Origin: an uncultured Candidatus Saccharibacteria bacterium
GTDB taxonomy: Bacteria; Patescibacteriota; Saccharimonadia; Saccharimonadales; JACQNP01
DNA length: 64,000 bases
Direction of reading: 5' to 3'
Assembly (NCBI GenBank): GCA_964590725.1
Contig: CAZPWF010000002.1
Span: forward strand, 38,846 to 102,845
Position 1 is the stretch's first letter, and each line of letters opens with the position of its first letter. The position numbers were made by a program, and so were the translations under genes. Positions 9,840-19,658 of the stretch are shown here, piece by piece. Below the pieces are notes generated by a model. It was not told where the DNA came from and searched no databases. It saw only the letters and a program-made list of their open reading frames with translations.

Positions 9840-12800
9840 GTGTCGAAAACTACATTATTAGCAAGTGACTACGTTCACTTACATAATCATACGCATTATA
9901 GTTTGCTTGACGGACTTACAAAGGTTCCGGCATTAGTTGCTGGAGTAAAAGAATTGGGTATGAATGCCGTAGCTGTAACTGACCATGGCACGTTATCCGG
10001 TATTATTGAATTTTACAAAGAGGCTAATGCTGAGGGTATTAATCCTATACTTGGCATGGAGGCTTATGTTGCTGCACGCTCAATGCTTGACAAGGAAGCC
10101 GGTAAAGATAAAGTCTATTATCATCTTATTATTCTGGCGATGAATAATACTGGATATCAAAACTTAATGAGGTTAAGTACAGAGGCAAACTTAAACGGTT
10201 TTTATTATAAGCCACGTATTGACCATGATCTTTTAGAGCGTTACAGTGAGGGGCTTATAGTCTTGAGTGGATGTATTGGTGGTGAGGTTGCCGATGCGTT
10301 GCGTCAAGAACAGTATGACAAAGCAAAGGAAACAGCAGCGTGGTATAAATCTGTTTTTGGTGATCGTTATTATCTTGAAGTGCAGGATCATGGTCACCCC
10401 GATCACCCTACCCGATGGGACGAACAAGTTAAAGTTAATGAACAAATCTTCTTATTATCCAAGGAGCTCGATATCCCATGTGTATTAACTTGTGACGCGC
10501 ATTATCTGAAGCACGAAGATCAAGATGCTCATGAAGTATTATTGTGTGTTCAGACCGGTTCATTCTTGGCTGACGAAAAACGGATGTCATTAAAGGACAT
10601 GGAACTCCATTTAACAGATCCGAAGGAGCTCATTGCGAGATGGGGTAAAACGAACCCGGATATAATACTCAACACATCTTTAATCTCTAAGCGTTGCCAT
10701 GTAGATATTGAACTAGGAAAAATTCTTATACCGAAATTTGATGTGCCTAACGGCAAGTCCGAACAGTCTTACTTAGAAGAATTAGTTTATCAAGGATTGG
10801 CTTGGCGTTATGCTGATATCGAAGAAGCCAAAGCGTATAAAATGAGTATCCAAGAAGTCAAGAAGTTACTTTCAAGACCCGTTTCCGAGAGAGTTAAGTT
10901 CGAACTAGGTGTTATTAGCCAGATGGGGTTTAATGGTTATTTTTTGATCATACAAGATTTTGTAAATTGGGGTAAAGAACAGGGAATCGTGTTTGGCCCA
11001 GGTCGAGGCAGTGCTGCCGGGTCGATAATTTCTTATGCACTACGTATTACCGAACTTGATCCGCTTAAATATGACCTATTGTTCGAGCGCTTTTTAAACC
11101 CAGACCGTATTTCGATGCCTGATATAGACATAGATATTCAAGATTCCAGACGGGACGAAGTAATTCAATATTGTGTTGCTAAATATGGCGATAGTCGAGT
11201 TGCAAATATTGTTACCTTTGGTAAGATGGCTGCACGAAATGCTGTGCGAGACGTAGCTAGAGTCTTACAGGTTCCGTATGCAGAAGCAGATCGTCTTGCG
11301 AAAATGATTCCACCACCAGTCCAAGGAAGACATATTCCGCTACATAAATCACTTCAAGACGACAATGATCTGAAAAACGAATACGAGTCAAGTGAGCAGT
11401 CTAGAACTATATTTGACCTTGCTGTTCAACTTGACGGAACAATTAGGAGCCACGGTGTTCATGCTGCTGGCGTTGTGATTGCTCCTGATGATATCGTAAA
11501 GTTTGTGCCTCTCGAAATGGCACAAAAAGGGGTGGTTGCTACACAGTATTCCATGAACCCAGTAGAAGAACTAGGGCTGTTAAAAATGGATTTTTTGGGC
11601 CTCTCTAACCTAACAATTATAAAAAACACATTACGTATTATTAAAAAAGTGTATGGTGTTGATATAGACGTCAACGCTTTGTCTCTTGATGATAAAAAAA
11701 CATTTGAGCTTTTGCAAAAAGGTGACACAACAGGAGTATTTCAGTTTGAATCTGCAGGAATGAAACGCTATCTAAAAGAATTAAAACCTACTGTTTTTGA
11801 CGACATTATCGCTATGGGTGCGCTTTATCGACCGGGACCTTTAACGGCTGGCTTAACTCAAAGATTTATAAATCGTAAGAACAAAATAGAGCCAATATCC
11901 TTTGAAGACGAAAGCATGAGGTCAGCGCTTGAATCGACCTATGGTGTTCTGGTTTATCAGGAACAAGTAATGCGTATTGCTCAAGATATGTGTGGCTTCA
12001 CTGGCGGTGAAGCGGATACGCTCCGAAAGGCAATTGGAAAGAAGAAACGCGACGTCATGGCTAAGATGAAGCAACAATTCATTGATGGTGCGATCACAAC
12101 TTCTGGCGTGACTAAGCAATTGGCCGAAAAATTCTGGAAAGATCTTGAGGGCTTTGCTGACTACGCGTTCAATAAATCGCATTCTGCGTGCTATGGTATG
12201 ATCTCATTTCAAACTGCCTATCTTAAGGCCCACTATCCTTCGGCTTTCATGGCCGCACTTATGACGAGTGATTACGATGATACAGATAGGCTGGCAATTG
12301 AAATTAATGAATGTAAACACATTGGTATCGATGTATTGCCCCCTGATGTTAATCAGTCTTTTGTTGAGTTTGCTGTTGTTCCGGAAACTAACCAGATTCG
12401 CTTCGGTTTATCCGCGATAAAGAACGTTGGAACAGGTGCCGTTGAAGAGATTTTGCGGGCACGAGAAGCTGGTGAATTTGCTTCACTAGAGGACTTCTTT
12501 GAACGCGTGAGCACTCGCGTAGTTAATCGTAAGGTACTCGAAAGTTTGGCTAAGTCTGGAGCGTTCGATGTGTTTCATAACAGATCCTTCTTGCTTCATA
12601 ATCTTGACGTACTGCTTGCTTATGCGAACAAGGAGCAAAAACAAAAATTGTCTGGTCAAACCGATTTGTTTGGGGCAGAAGACGAAGTTACTGTTCGGCC
12701 CAAGTTACAGCTACAGGAGCCAACGGAAGAGATTCCGATGCGCGAGCAATTAGTGTGGGAACGGGAGCTGTTGGGTATATATCTTAGTCAACATCCTCTA

Positions 12801-13457
12801 GAAAACTATAAAGAAATGTTATCAGAGCTAACAGTGCCGCTTATTGATATAAAGCCAGAGCATGACAACAAAACAGTAAGTGTTGGTGGCGTGATTTTGG
12901 AATCCAAGGAAATCACCACTAAAAATGGCCAAAAAATGGCTTTTGTTACCATTGCTGATACTGTGTCAGAGATTGAGCTAATCCTCTTCCCAAATATTTA
13001 TCAGCAGACGATAGGTATTTGGGAGCGTGACCGTGTAGTACTCGCAAAAGGTAAAATAAGTGCCAAAGATAAAGAAGGCAACGTCACTCAAGAGCTAAAG
13101 ATATTGATCGATGATGCTCGGGAAATTACTCACGAACAAGCCACAGCTTATCAACCAATTGGAAAAACACAAAAAAAACCAAAAGCGAAAAAAGCTGTTG
13201 AATCTACCTCAAAATCGACAAAACCAGTATCTCCAAAACGCATCTACATACGCATGAAATCAAGTGGCGATACAGGTCTTTTAATGAACATAAGAGAAAT
13301 AATTACAACATCTCCCGGATCCGTGGAGGTTGTTTTGGTGCTCGGAGACGATTCAGATAAACAGGCAATCCGCTTACCTCAAAAGACCAGTGATTCATCG
13401 GAGGTTATCGAATCTATTAATGCAATAGTAGGCTCCGACAACGTACGTTATATGTAA
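9840..13457 (+). CDS. dnaE: DNA polymerase III alpha subunit
   Basis: PHP motif HLHNHTHYSLLDG, polymerase core (GPGRGSAAGS, PDIDIDI) and an OB-fold region. GTG start preceded by GAGAGGG. Confidence 0.95.
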   Translation: MSKTTLLASDYVHLHNHTHYSLLDGLTKVPALVAGVKELGMNAVAVTDHGTLSGIIEFYKEANAEGINPILGMEAYVAARSMLDKEAGKDKVYYHLIILAMNNTGYQNLMRLSTEANLNGFYYKPRIDHDLLERYSEGLIVLSGCIGGEVADALRQEQYDKAKETAAWYKSVFGDRYYLEVQDHGHPDHPTRWDEQVKVNEQIFLLSKELDIPCVLTCDAHYLKHEDQDAHEVLLCVQTGSFLADEKRMSLKDMELHLTDPKELIARWGKTNPDIILNTSLISKRCHVDIELGKILIPKFDVPNGKSEQSYLEELVYQGLAWRYADIEEAKAYKMSIQEVKKLLSRPVSERVKFELGVISQMGFNGYFLIIQDFVNWGKEQGIVFGPGRGSAAGSIISYALRITELDPLKYDLLFERFLNPDRISMPDIDIDIQDSRRDEVIQYCVAKYGDSRVANIVTFGKMAARNAVRDVARVLQVPYAEADRLAKMIPPPVQGRHIPLHKSLQDDNDLKNEYESSEQSRTIFDLAVQLDGTIRSHGVHAAGVVIAPDDIVKFVPLEMAQKGVVATQYSMNPVEELGLLKMDFLGLSNLTIIKNTLRIIKKVYGVDIDVNALSLDDKKTFELLQKGDTTGVFQFESAGMKRYLKELKPTVFDDIIAMGALYRPGPLTAGLTQRFINRKNKIEPISFEDESMRSALESTYGVLVYQEQVMRIAQDMCGFTGGEADTLRKAIGKKKRDVMAKMKQQFIDGAITTSGVTKQLAEKFWKDLEGFADYAFNKSHSACYGMISFQTAYLKAHYPSAFMAALMTSDYDDTDRLAIEINECKHIGIDVLPPDVNQSFVEFAVVPETNQIRFGLSAIKNVGTGAVEEILRAREAGEFASLEDFFERVSTRVVNRKVLESLAKSGAFDVFHNRSFLLHNLDVLLAYANKEQKQKLSGQTDLFGAEDEVTVRPKLQLQEPTEEIPMREQLVWERELLGIYLSQHPLENYKEMLSELTVPLIDIKPEHDNKTVSVGGVILESKEITTKNGQKMAFVTIADTVSEIELILFPNIYQQTIGIWERDRVVLAKGKISAKDKEGNVTQELKILIDDAREITHEQATAYQPIGKTQKKPKAKKAVESTSKSTKPVSPKRIYIRMKSSGDTGLLMNIREIITTSPGSVEVVLVLGDDSDKQAIRLPQKTSDSSEVIESINAIVGSDNVRYM

Positions 13458-13459
13458 CT

Positions 13460-14419
13460 TTAATGAATGAAGCCAACAGTTCTGGTTAGAGTAAGGCCGA
13501 GTATTATGAGTGCAACTAGTGTTGTGTCCAGTAGTGGGTGATGGAGTATAAAACGCTCACTATCACGCAGTAATCTTCTGAGCTTATAGCCATGCCTGAC
13601 TAGCATGAATACCACAATTCCACCCGTAATAAAGCTAACTACGGCTAGCGCCCACGGAGCCTTTCCTTTCGTCAAGGCTTCTATTCTCGTAATAGGTTTC
13701 GCAACTCCCAATGTTGCTGACGCAAAATTATCATCAGATTTTTGCTTTATGCTATTTTGGATTTGGTTTTGCTGGTTGCTGGCGGGTGATGATTTACTGG
13801 CCCCAGCTGTATTAGCGCTTTCATTTTGAGGATTGCCGTACATCGCAACTACAACTGTTTCTTGACCTGCTTTGTTATAGTTACTGCTATTTGCGTAGCC
13901 AAAACCAACATCAACATAATCAGGGTCAAGTAAGTTATCTCTATGTGAAGGGCTATTCATCCATCCGTTTACAGTCTCTTTGCTAGTCGTAAATCCATAT
14001 GCCAGATTTTCACCGGCTTTTATGTAAGAATACCCAGCACCATTTATGAATACCCATGGCTCTTGGCCATCAGGCGTGTTGTGTGACCAATAGTTTCTAT
14101 TTGTCATGTCATTAGCTTTAGCCTGTGCTGCTTGAGACAGGGTGTCGTTTATCTTTAGCGATGACTTGCCGTGACTCGATCTCTCGCTATTGGTTGCATT
14201 TAGTAAACTATCTTTGCTAACTTCAGTTGCATAAGCTAGAGTGCCATGCTTAGGCGTGTAACCACTCACAAAAACACTAATGAACAGAATCAATAGCATA
14301 GGTAGGTATGGCAAATAGGTATGCACAAATCGTTTTGAACGTTTTTGGTGATGTCCATAACGTTTATTTTGTTGGTCGTTTTTATGTTTTACAGCTCTGT
14401 GCACGGAACAATTATACAA
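13460..14419 (-). CDS. CAP/SCP/PR-1 domain protein flanked by TM segments
   Basis: CAP-type blocks YWSHNTPDGQEPW, GENLAYGF and WMNSPSHRDNLL. There is an N-terminal TM helix and hydrophobic C-terminal helices. The true start is uncertain. Confidence 0.65.
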   Translation of the reverse strand: MYNCSVHRAVKHKNDQQNKRYGHHQKRSKRFVHTYLPYLPMLLILFISVFVSGYTPKHGTLAYATEVSKDSLLNATNSERSSHGKSSLKINDTLSQAAQAKANDMTNRNYWSHNTPDGQEPWVFINGAGYSYIKAGENLAYGFTTSKETVNGWMNSPSHRDNLLDPDYVDVGFGYANSSNYNKAGQETVVVAMYGNPQNESANTAGASKSSPASNQQNQIQNSIKQKSDDNFASATLGVAKPITRIEALTKGKAPWALAVVSFITGGIVVFMLVRHGYKLRRLLRDSERFILHHPLLDTTLVALIILGLTLTRTVGFIH

Positions 14420-14428
14420 GCATAAGTA

Positions 14429-14953
14429 CTATTTCGCAAAGTCGCTGACAAATTTAATATGATAACCTGCCATAGCGAATGCTTGGATAACATTATAGGA
14501 TTCTTTTTTCCCCTCCATTGGTATTTCAATAATATCGCTACAGAGCTGCAGCACCTCAGTTTCTATGCCCTCTACTTCGCGCCCCAATACTAAAGCGATA
14601 CGGATAGGTGCTGTATAGCTAGGAAGTGGAATTGATCCAGTAGTTTGTTCAAGTGCGCAAACAGTATATCCGTCCGATACTAGGCTTGTAATAACGCCTT
14701 CAATTTCGGTTTCATGTTCCCAATGTACTGACGACTCGGCACCCAATGCAGTTTTACTAATATTGTCATGAACTTTTTTGGCTACGTGAGGTAGTCGAGT
14801 ATCATTATTTTGTTTAGGGTATGGAGTGTACCCTGTAAGATATACAGATTTGACTCCTAGTCCGTCGGCTGTACGAAGCAGTGATCCGACATTATGACAA
14901 CTTCGTAAGTTGTGCGCAATTACTACAAGTGATTTTGAGTTGTTATCATTCAT
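14429..14953 (-). CDS. SpoU/TrmH-family RNA 2'-O-methyltransferase
   Basis: Contains NVGSLLRTADGLGV, LVLGREVEGI and IPMEGKKESYNV. I chose the ATG at 14953; the track start at 14956 is a TTG. Confidence 0.8.
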   Translation of the reverse strand: MNDNNSKSLVVIAHNLRSCHNVGSLLRTADGLGVKSVYLTGYTPYPKQNNDTRLPHVAKKVHDNISKTALGAESSVHWEHETEIEGVITSLVSDGYTVCALEQTTGSIPLPSYTAPIRIALVLGREVEGIETEVLQLCSDIIEIPMEGKKESYNVIQAFAMAGYHIKFVSDFAK

Positions 14954-14959
14954 CAATAA

Positions 14960-14968
14960 AGTGTATCA
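14960..14968 (-). promoter_or_regulatory. Extended -10 box TGATACACT (minus strand), 6 nt upstream of the spoU-family ATG
   Basis: The plus strand reads AGTGTATCA at 14960-14968. This box is divergent from the pilB-like promoter about 30 nt away. Confidence 0.45.
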
Positions 14969-14993
14969 TTGTCTTCTCCAACAGCTACGCTTA

Positions 14994-15002
14994 TGCTTTA
15001 AT
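14994..15002 (+). promoter_or_regulatory. -10 box TGCTTTAAT, 7 nt upstream of the pilB-like ATG
   Basis: TGCTTTAAT at 14994-15002 and ATG at 15010. Confidence 0.4.
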
Positions 15003-15009
15003 AAGAGAG

Positions 15010-16623
15010 ATGGCACAAGACGCACGACGAGACGAGGAAACAAATACTCAGCGCAGGGCTCGAATTCTGGGCTTGGATTATTTTGATACCTCAACAGTCC
15101 CTCTAGAACAAAAGGAATTGTTCAAGGACGTACTTGATATCAGTGAACTAAAGTCACTCAAGATTATTCCAGTTAGAGTAACTGAGCATAGTATTCTTTT
15201 TGGCGTCACCAATACTACGTCGCAGCAGACCATGACTACTCTGCGTAATCGTTTCTTGGATCAACGAATATCGTTTGCATTGATCTCGGATAATGGATAC
15301 AGAGATTATATGCGTCTTTACGATCCTCCAAAGCAGGTCGTTTATCATGATATCGCTATAAATGAAAATGGCGCCCAAGATACGATCGCATCAGTATCGA
15401 GTACGCTGGAACAGGTAAAAGCTGGCGACATGCTAGCATATTTGGTACAACAAGCTCATAAATTGAACGCGTCGGATATTCATGTCGAAACTCAAGTTGA
15501 TCATGTACGGATCAGATTTCGTATGGATGGCGTTCTTCATCCTATAGCGCTTCTTAATCAAGAAAAATATCGAATATTAATGTCTGCAATCGCGAGTGCG
15601 GGTGATGTTTCCACGGCTTCACCTGATTCTCAACAAGGTCATATAGCACAGCATGTCGTCATGGAAGACGGAAGTGAAGTAAATGTTAACCTTCGTCTAG
15701 AAACCGTACCTACGGTAAATGGCATGGATATGGTTATGCGCTTATTTAACATGGACCAGGCCATGTATAACTTAGACAGGCTAAAACTAACTGATCAGGA
15801 AAGAGCGGTGGTTGACGATATTATTTCCAAGCCAAGTGGGCTTGTGATGGTTGTTGGTCCGACTGGTTCAGGCAAAACCACAACTCTTTATTCAATGCTT
15901 AACACGCTCAACACCGAAGAGCGTAAGATTATTACTATCGAAGATCCTGTCGAGTATCAGTTTGCCGGGATTACTCAGATACCTGTAGCCAGTCAGGGCG
16001 TACAAGATAGCATTAGTTTTGCTAATAAGTTAAGGGCAGTTTTACGGCTTGATCCTGATGTTGTTATGGTCGGAGAGATCCGAGACATGGATACCGCCAA
16101 AACAGCACTTCAAGCTTCCTTGACTGGTCACTTGGTACTAGCTACTTTTCACGCGTCTAACGCCTCAGCAGCGTTAACTAGGATGATGGATGTTATTGGC
16201 GAGAATCCGCTGTTCGTATCTGCTATTCGACTTGTCATGGCGCAGCGCTTAGTGCGGTTACTGGATGAGACTACAAAACAACCCTATCAGCCGGACGAAG
16301 TTACTCTTAGTAAGATACGTGAAGTGATAGAAACTTTACCCGCAAATATTGAAAGACCCAATCTAGAAAACCTGCAGTTGTATCGTCCGGGTAAGTCGGC
16401 AGATAATCCGTTCGGCTACATTGGTCAAGTGCCTTTACGCGAGCAGTTCATAATGACTGGTGAAATCAGAAAGCTTTTAGAGTCAGGTCAAAAGGGTCTT
16501 GCAGCTCAAACTATCGAGGAAGCAGCCATCAAGAGCGGGATGAAAACCATGCTGCAAGATGGAATACTTAAAGTATGCGCAGGGCTAACTACTCTAGAAG
16601 AAGTTTACCGCGTTGTAGGTTAA
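15010..16623 (+). CDS. Type II/IV secretion / type IV pilus assembly ATPase (PilB/GspE family)
   Basis: Walker A GPTGSGKTTTLYS, Asp box, Walker B (VVMVGEIRD) and His box (TGHLVLATFH). The N-terminal region resembles a T2SSE_N domain. I chose the start at MAQDARR (15010), because the track start at 14881 overlaps the divergent gene. Confidence 0.85.
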   Translation: MAQDARRDEETNTQRRARILGLDYFDTSTVPLEQKELFKDVLDISELKSLKIIPVRVTEHSILFGVTNTTSQQTMTTLRNRFLDQRISFALISDNGYRDYMRLYDPPKQVVYHDIAINENGAQDTIASVSSTLEQVKAGDMLAYLVQQAHKLNASDIHVETQVDHVRIRFRMDGVLHPIALLNQEKYRILMSAIASAGDVSTASPDSQQGHIAQHVVMEDGSEVNVNLRLETVPTVNGMDMVMRLFNMDQAMYNLDRLKLTDQERAVVDDIISKPSGLVMVVGPTGSGKTTTLYSMLNTLNTEERKIITIEDPVEYQFAGITQIPVASQGVQDSISFANKLRAVLRLDPDVVMVGEIRDMDTAKTALQASLTGHLVLATFHASNASAALTRMMDVIGENPLFVSAIRLVMAQRLVRLLDETTKQPYQPDEVTLSKIREVIETLPANIERPNLENLQLYRPGKSADNPFGYIGQVPLREQFIMTGEIRKLLESGQKGLAAQTIEEAAIKSGMKTMLQDGILKVCAGLTTLEEVYRVVG

Positions 16624-17756
16624 ACGATTACTTTAGAAATTTCTGGAACCAAACGCTTATCAAGAACTGAAGGAATTATCATCTCAGCTGACGGGTTTTC
16701 GACAAGGTTGGCAATAACTTCAGCGGCAGCAATCTTGTGTCGATCAGTTATTTTATTTACTTTATTATCTAGTGCGCCTCGAAAAATACCCGGAAAGGCC
16801 AGGGCATTGTTAACCTGGTTAGGGAAGTCACTCCGGCCTGTCGCTATTACAGCCACACCGGCCTCTGTAGCTATGTTGGGCATTATCTCTGGAATTGGGT
16901 TGGCCATAGCGAATATTATAGGATCCTTGGCCATGGTTTTTATCATATCGGGTGTAAGCAGTCCGGCTTTACTGACGCCGATAAATATATCTGCTTCTTT
17001 AAGTGCGTCTTCCAGGTTTCCGCTTACATTTTTAGGGTTGGTGTAATCAAGTAGCTTTCGCTTTTCACCGTTCAGGTCGGTTCGACTAGTGCTGACGATT
17101 CCTTTACTGTCTACTGCTAAAATTTCTGGATTGGCGTATAGATTAATTAGTTTAATTATGGCTGTACCGGCAGCTCCAGCGCCTACAACAACAATTTTGC
17201 AATTAGCAAGTTCTTTGCCTGTCACTTTCATTGAGTTAATTAGGCCAGCCAGCACGACTATGGCCGTACCATGTTGATCATCATGCATAACTGGTATGCT
17301 TAGTGCTGCCTTCACGCGTTCTTCAACTTCAAAACAAATTGGAGCAGCAATATCTTCTAAATTTATACCGCCAAAGCTCGGTGCGATAGCAGTCACGGCT
17401 GCCACGATTTCATCTGCGCTATGGACATCCAGTATTATTGGTACAGCATCAATACCTGCAAAATGCTTAAACAGCATAGCTTTGCCTTCCATCACTGGAA
17501 GTGCTCCGTAAGGCCCAATATTACCGAGCCCCAGCACGGCTGATCCGTCACTAATAACAGCAACAGAGTTGTTCAGCCATGTATAATCTCGGGTTTCATC
17601 AGGATGTTCGGCTACGTAGCTTGATACTGCTCCAACACCCGGGGTGTAATAAGTGCTTAATTTATCTTGCGTATCCAGTTTATCTTTAAGGGATACTGAA
17701 ATCTTACCTTTTAGTTCTTTATGTTTCTTTAATGCTTCTTCTCCAAAATTTATCAC
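16620..17756 (-). CDS. NAD(P)-dependent malic enzyme (short form, no PTA domain)
   Basis: Contains YTPGV, GLGNIGP, the NAD fold GAGAAG, and NPIPEI followed by ATGRSDFPNQVNN. GTG start. Confidence 0.9.
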   Translation of the reverse strand: MINFGEEALKKHKELKGKISVSLKDKLDTQDKLSTYYTPGVGAVSSYVAEHPDETRDYTWLNNSVAVISDGSAVLGLGNIGPYGALPVMEGKAMLFKHFAGIDAVPIILDVHSADEIVAAVTAIAPSFGGINLEDIAAPICFEVEERVKAALSIPVMHDDQHGTAIVVLAGLINSMKVTGKELANCKIVVVGAGAAGTAIIKLINLYANPEILAVDSKGIVSTSRTDLNGEKRKLLDYTNPKNVSGNLEDALKEADIFIGVSKAGLLTPDMIKTMAKDPIIFAMANPIPEIMPNIATEAGVAVIATGRSDFPNQVNNALAFPGIFRGALDNKVNKITDRHKIAAAEVIANLVENPSAEMIIPSVLDKRLVPEISKVIV

Positions 17757-17826
17757 CCAATCATTGTAGCATTTATGTATAATGGGGATCTATTGTTAAA
17801 AATATGAAAGGAAATAAATAACTAAC

Positions 17827-18039
17827 ATGATAGATCGGGCAGAACTAGGGAAACTTTTACAAGAGAGTGCGGTGAGGGCTGAAGATGAGGCTATGAGAGA
17901 CTACGCTTTGTTAGGTCCAGAATGTTTTGATGATAGCAAAGATAAGGCTAGACAGCTTGGAATATTTGGTTTACGAGAGGCTCTAGCACAGGGAGGCGAT
18001 AATGATAATATCTCCTCAGATTTATTAATTGTTGAATGA
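17827..18039 (+). CDS. Hypothetical small acidic protein
   Basis: 70-aa ORF with TGTATAAT upstream at 17776-17783. No recognisable motif. Confidence 0.3.
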   Translation: MIDRAELGKLLQESAVRAEDEAMRDYALLGPECFDDSKDKARQLGIFGLREALAQGGDNDNISSDLLIVE

Positions 18040-18093
18040 AACGTATTAATAACTGTTGCGTCAGATAAGAAAATAGTGTAGGATAGTTTGGTC

Positions 18094-18618
18094 ATGCAAT
18101 CTGTAATTCAGAAAATTGAAGAGAAGTTCAAAAAGGCACAAGTTGTTGATGTTATGCCTGGTGATACCGTTAAAGTTCATCAGAAAATTAAAGAAGGCAA
18201 CAAGGAACGTGTACAGATTTTTCAAGGTCTAGTAATACGGGTTGACCGTAAAAATAGTCATACTAGTCGTATTTTAGTTCGACGGCTTGCTAGTGGTGTT
18301 GGTGTTGAAAAGAGCTTTTTGCTTCACAGCCCTTTAGTGGTAAAAATAGAAGTTACCAAACGAAGTAAGGTTCGTCGTAACTATCTTACATATATGCGAG
18401 AACGTACAGGTAAGTCCGCTAGACTCAGTAATGTTGATTTTGACCGAGAAGGTGTTAACACTGTTCGTGATGAAAAAGCTGAAGAAGAGGAAGCTAAGCT
18501 TGCTGAAGAAACAAAGAAGGCGCATGAAGCTGAAGAAGCTAAGCGAGCCGAAGAAGCATCAAAAGAAGAGGCCAAAGCGGCAGCTGCACTTGCCCAACAC
18601 GAAGCCGCTAAAGAGTAA
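18094..18618 (+). CDS. rplS: Ribosomal protein bL19 with a ~63-aa Glu/Lys/Ala-rich C-terminal extension
   Basis: GDTVKVHQKIKEGNKERVQIFQGLVI is the L19 core. The ATG at 18094 has TAGGA upstream; the track start at 18088 is a TTG. Confidence 0.9.
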   Translation: MQSVIQKIEEKFKKAQVVDVMPGDTVKVHQKIKEGNKERVQIFQGLVIRVDRKNSHTSRILVRRLASGVGVEKSFLLHSPLVVKIEVTKRSKVRRNYLTYMRERTGKSARLSNVDFDREGVNTVRDEKAEEEEAKLAEETKKAHEAEEAKRAEEASKEEAKAAAALAQHEAAKE

Positions 18619-18643
18619 ATTCTTTTACTAAGAATCAAAAAAT

Positions 18644-18666
18644 ACCGTCCAATGTGGCGGTTTTTT
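18644..18666 (+). terminator. Rho-independent terminator after rplS
   Basis: ACCGTC-CAATGT-GGCGGT stem-loop (6 bp including one G-U), followed by TTTTTT and preceded by an A run. Confidence 0.6.
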
Positions 18667-18725
18667 ATTGATTAAGCTTGCAAATATTCTGCAAGATAAT
18701 ACGATAAACTCATGATAGAGGTATT

Positions 18726-19289
18726 GTGATTGGCATAGATGAAGTAGGTAGGGGCTCATGGGCTGGACCTTTGCTCGTAGTTGCTGCGCGTCAAGTTTCT
18801 GGCTTGCCGGCTGGGCTTAAAGATTCGAAAGTTCTCTCCAAAAAGAAGCGAAATATACTCTGCCCCGATATTCAATTAGCCTGTGATCTTGGTGAGGGTT
18901 GGGTTACTCCTAATGAAATTGATAATTTAGGCTTGACTGGGGCTATGGAATTAGGCGTTAAGCGTGCTCTGGATAGCTTGAATGCAACAGACGATGAAAA
19001 TATTGTCATCGATGGGCATATTAACTACTGTGCCACAAATTATCACAATGTAATTTGCGTTATTGCTGCTGACGCAAAATATCCTATAGTTAGTGCTGCC
19101 AGTGTTTGGGCAAAAGTTGTTCGCGATGAATACATGGTAGAATTGGCAAAATCTTATCCCGACTACGGGTTTGATTCTCACGTTGGTTATGGCACAAAGA
19201 GGCATATGGATGCTCTAAGCGTTCACGGAGTAACGCCCGTACATCGACTAAGCTATGCTCCAGTAAAGAAGATAGCAAATGAGCACTAA
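18726..19289 (+). CDS. rnhB: Ribonuclease HII
   Basis: GIDEVGRGSWAGPLLVVAA N-terminal catalytic motif. GTG start with GAGG upstream. Confidence 0.9.
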   Translation: MIGIDEVGRGSWAGPLLVVAARQVSGLPAGLKDSKVLSKKKRNILCPDIQLACDLGEGWVTPNEIDNLGLTGAMELGVKRALDSLNATDDENIVIDGHINYCATNYHNVICVIAADAKYPIVSAASVWAKVVRDEYMVELAKSYPDYGFDSHVGYGTKRHMDALSVHGVTPVHRLSYAPVKKIANEH

Positions 19290-19623
19290 TTATGCGCACG
19301 GTAAGGAAGCCGAGAAAGTTGCAGCTAAATACTTATCTAGTCTAGGATATGATGTTATTGAACAGAATTGGAAAACTCGCTGGTGCGAGATAGACGTTGT
19401 TGCATGCAAGGATAATGTAATATATTTTGTTGAAGTTAAATACCGTCGTAATACTGATCAGGGTGGGGGACTAGATTATATTACACCCAAGAAGTTACAG
19501 CAGATGCATTTCGCAGCCGAAATGTGGGTAAGTGACAAACGCTGGCAAGGAGAGTATCAGCTTGCAGCTTTAGAAGTCTCTGGGGGTGATTATATTGTTA
19601 CAAATTTTCTCACGGAATTGTAA
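19279..19623 (+). CDS. yraN: YraN-family (UPF0102) endonuclease-like protein
   Basis: Contains GKEAEKVAAKYLSSLGYDVIEQNWKTRWCEIDVVA and YFVEVKYR. It overlaps the end of rnhB, and rnhB-yraN is a common gene pair. Confidence 0.85.
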   Translation: MSTNYAHGKEAEKVAAKYLSSLGYDVIEQNWKTRWCEIDVVACKDNVIYFVEVKYRRNTDQGGGLDYITPKKLQQMHFAAEMWVSDKRWQGEYQLAALEVSGGDYIVTNFLTEL

Positions 19624-19658
19624 AATAACTAGTGTTGAAAAAAGTGTAATATAGTTGG

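Noticed and set aside
14881-15009. ORF-track N-terminal extensions of the pilB-like gene (14881), rpoB (45610), tuf (57073), the YtxH-like gene (9298), pepN (24287) and the ORF at 19907.
   Set aside because: The extensions overlap divergent genes or promoters and encode non-conserved junk. Each is followed by an internal start with a proper SD or a leaderless-type -10 box, at the point where the conserved N-terminus begins.
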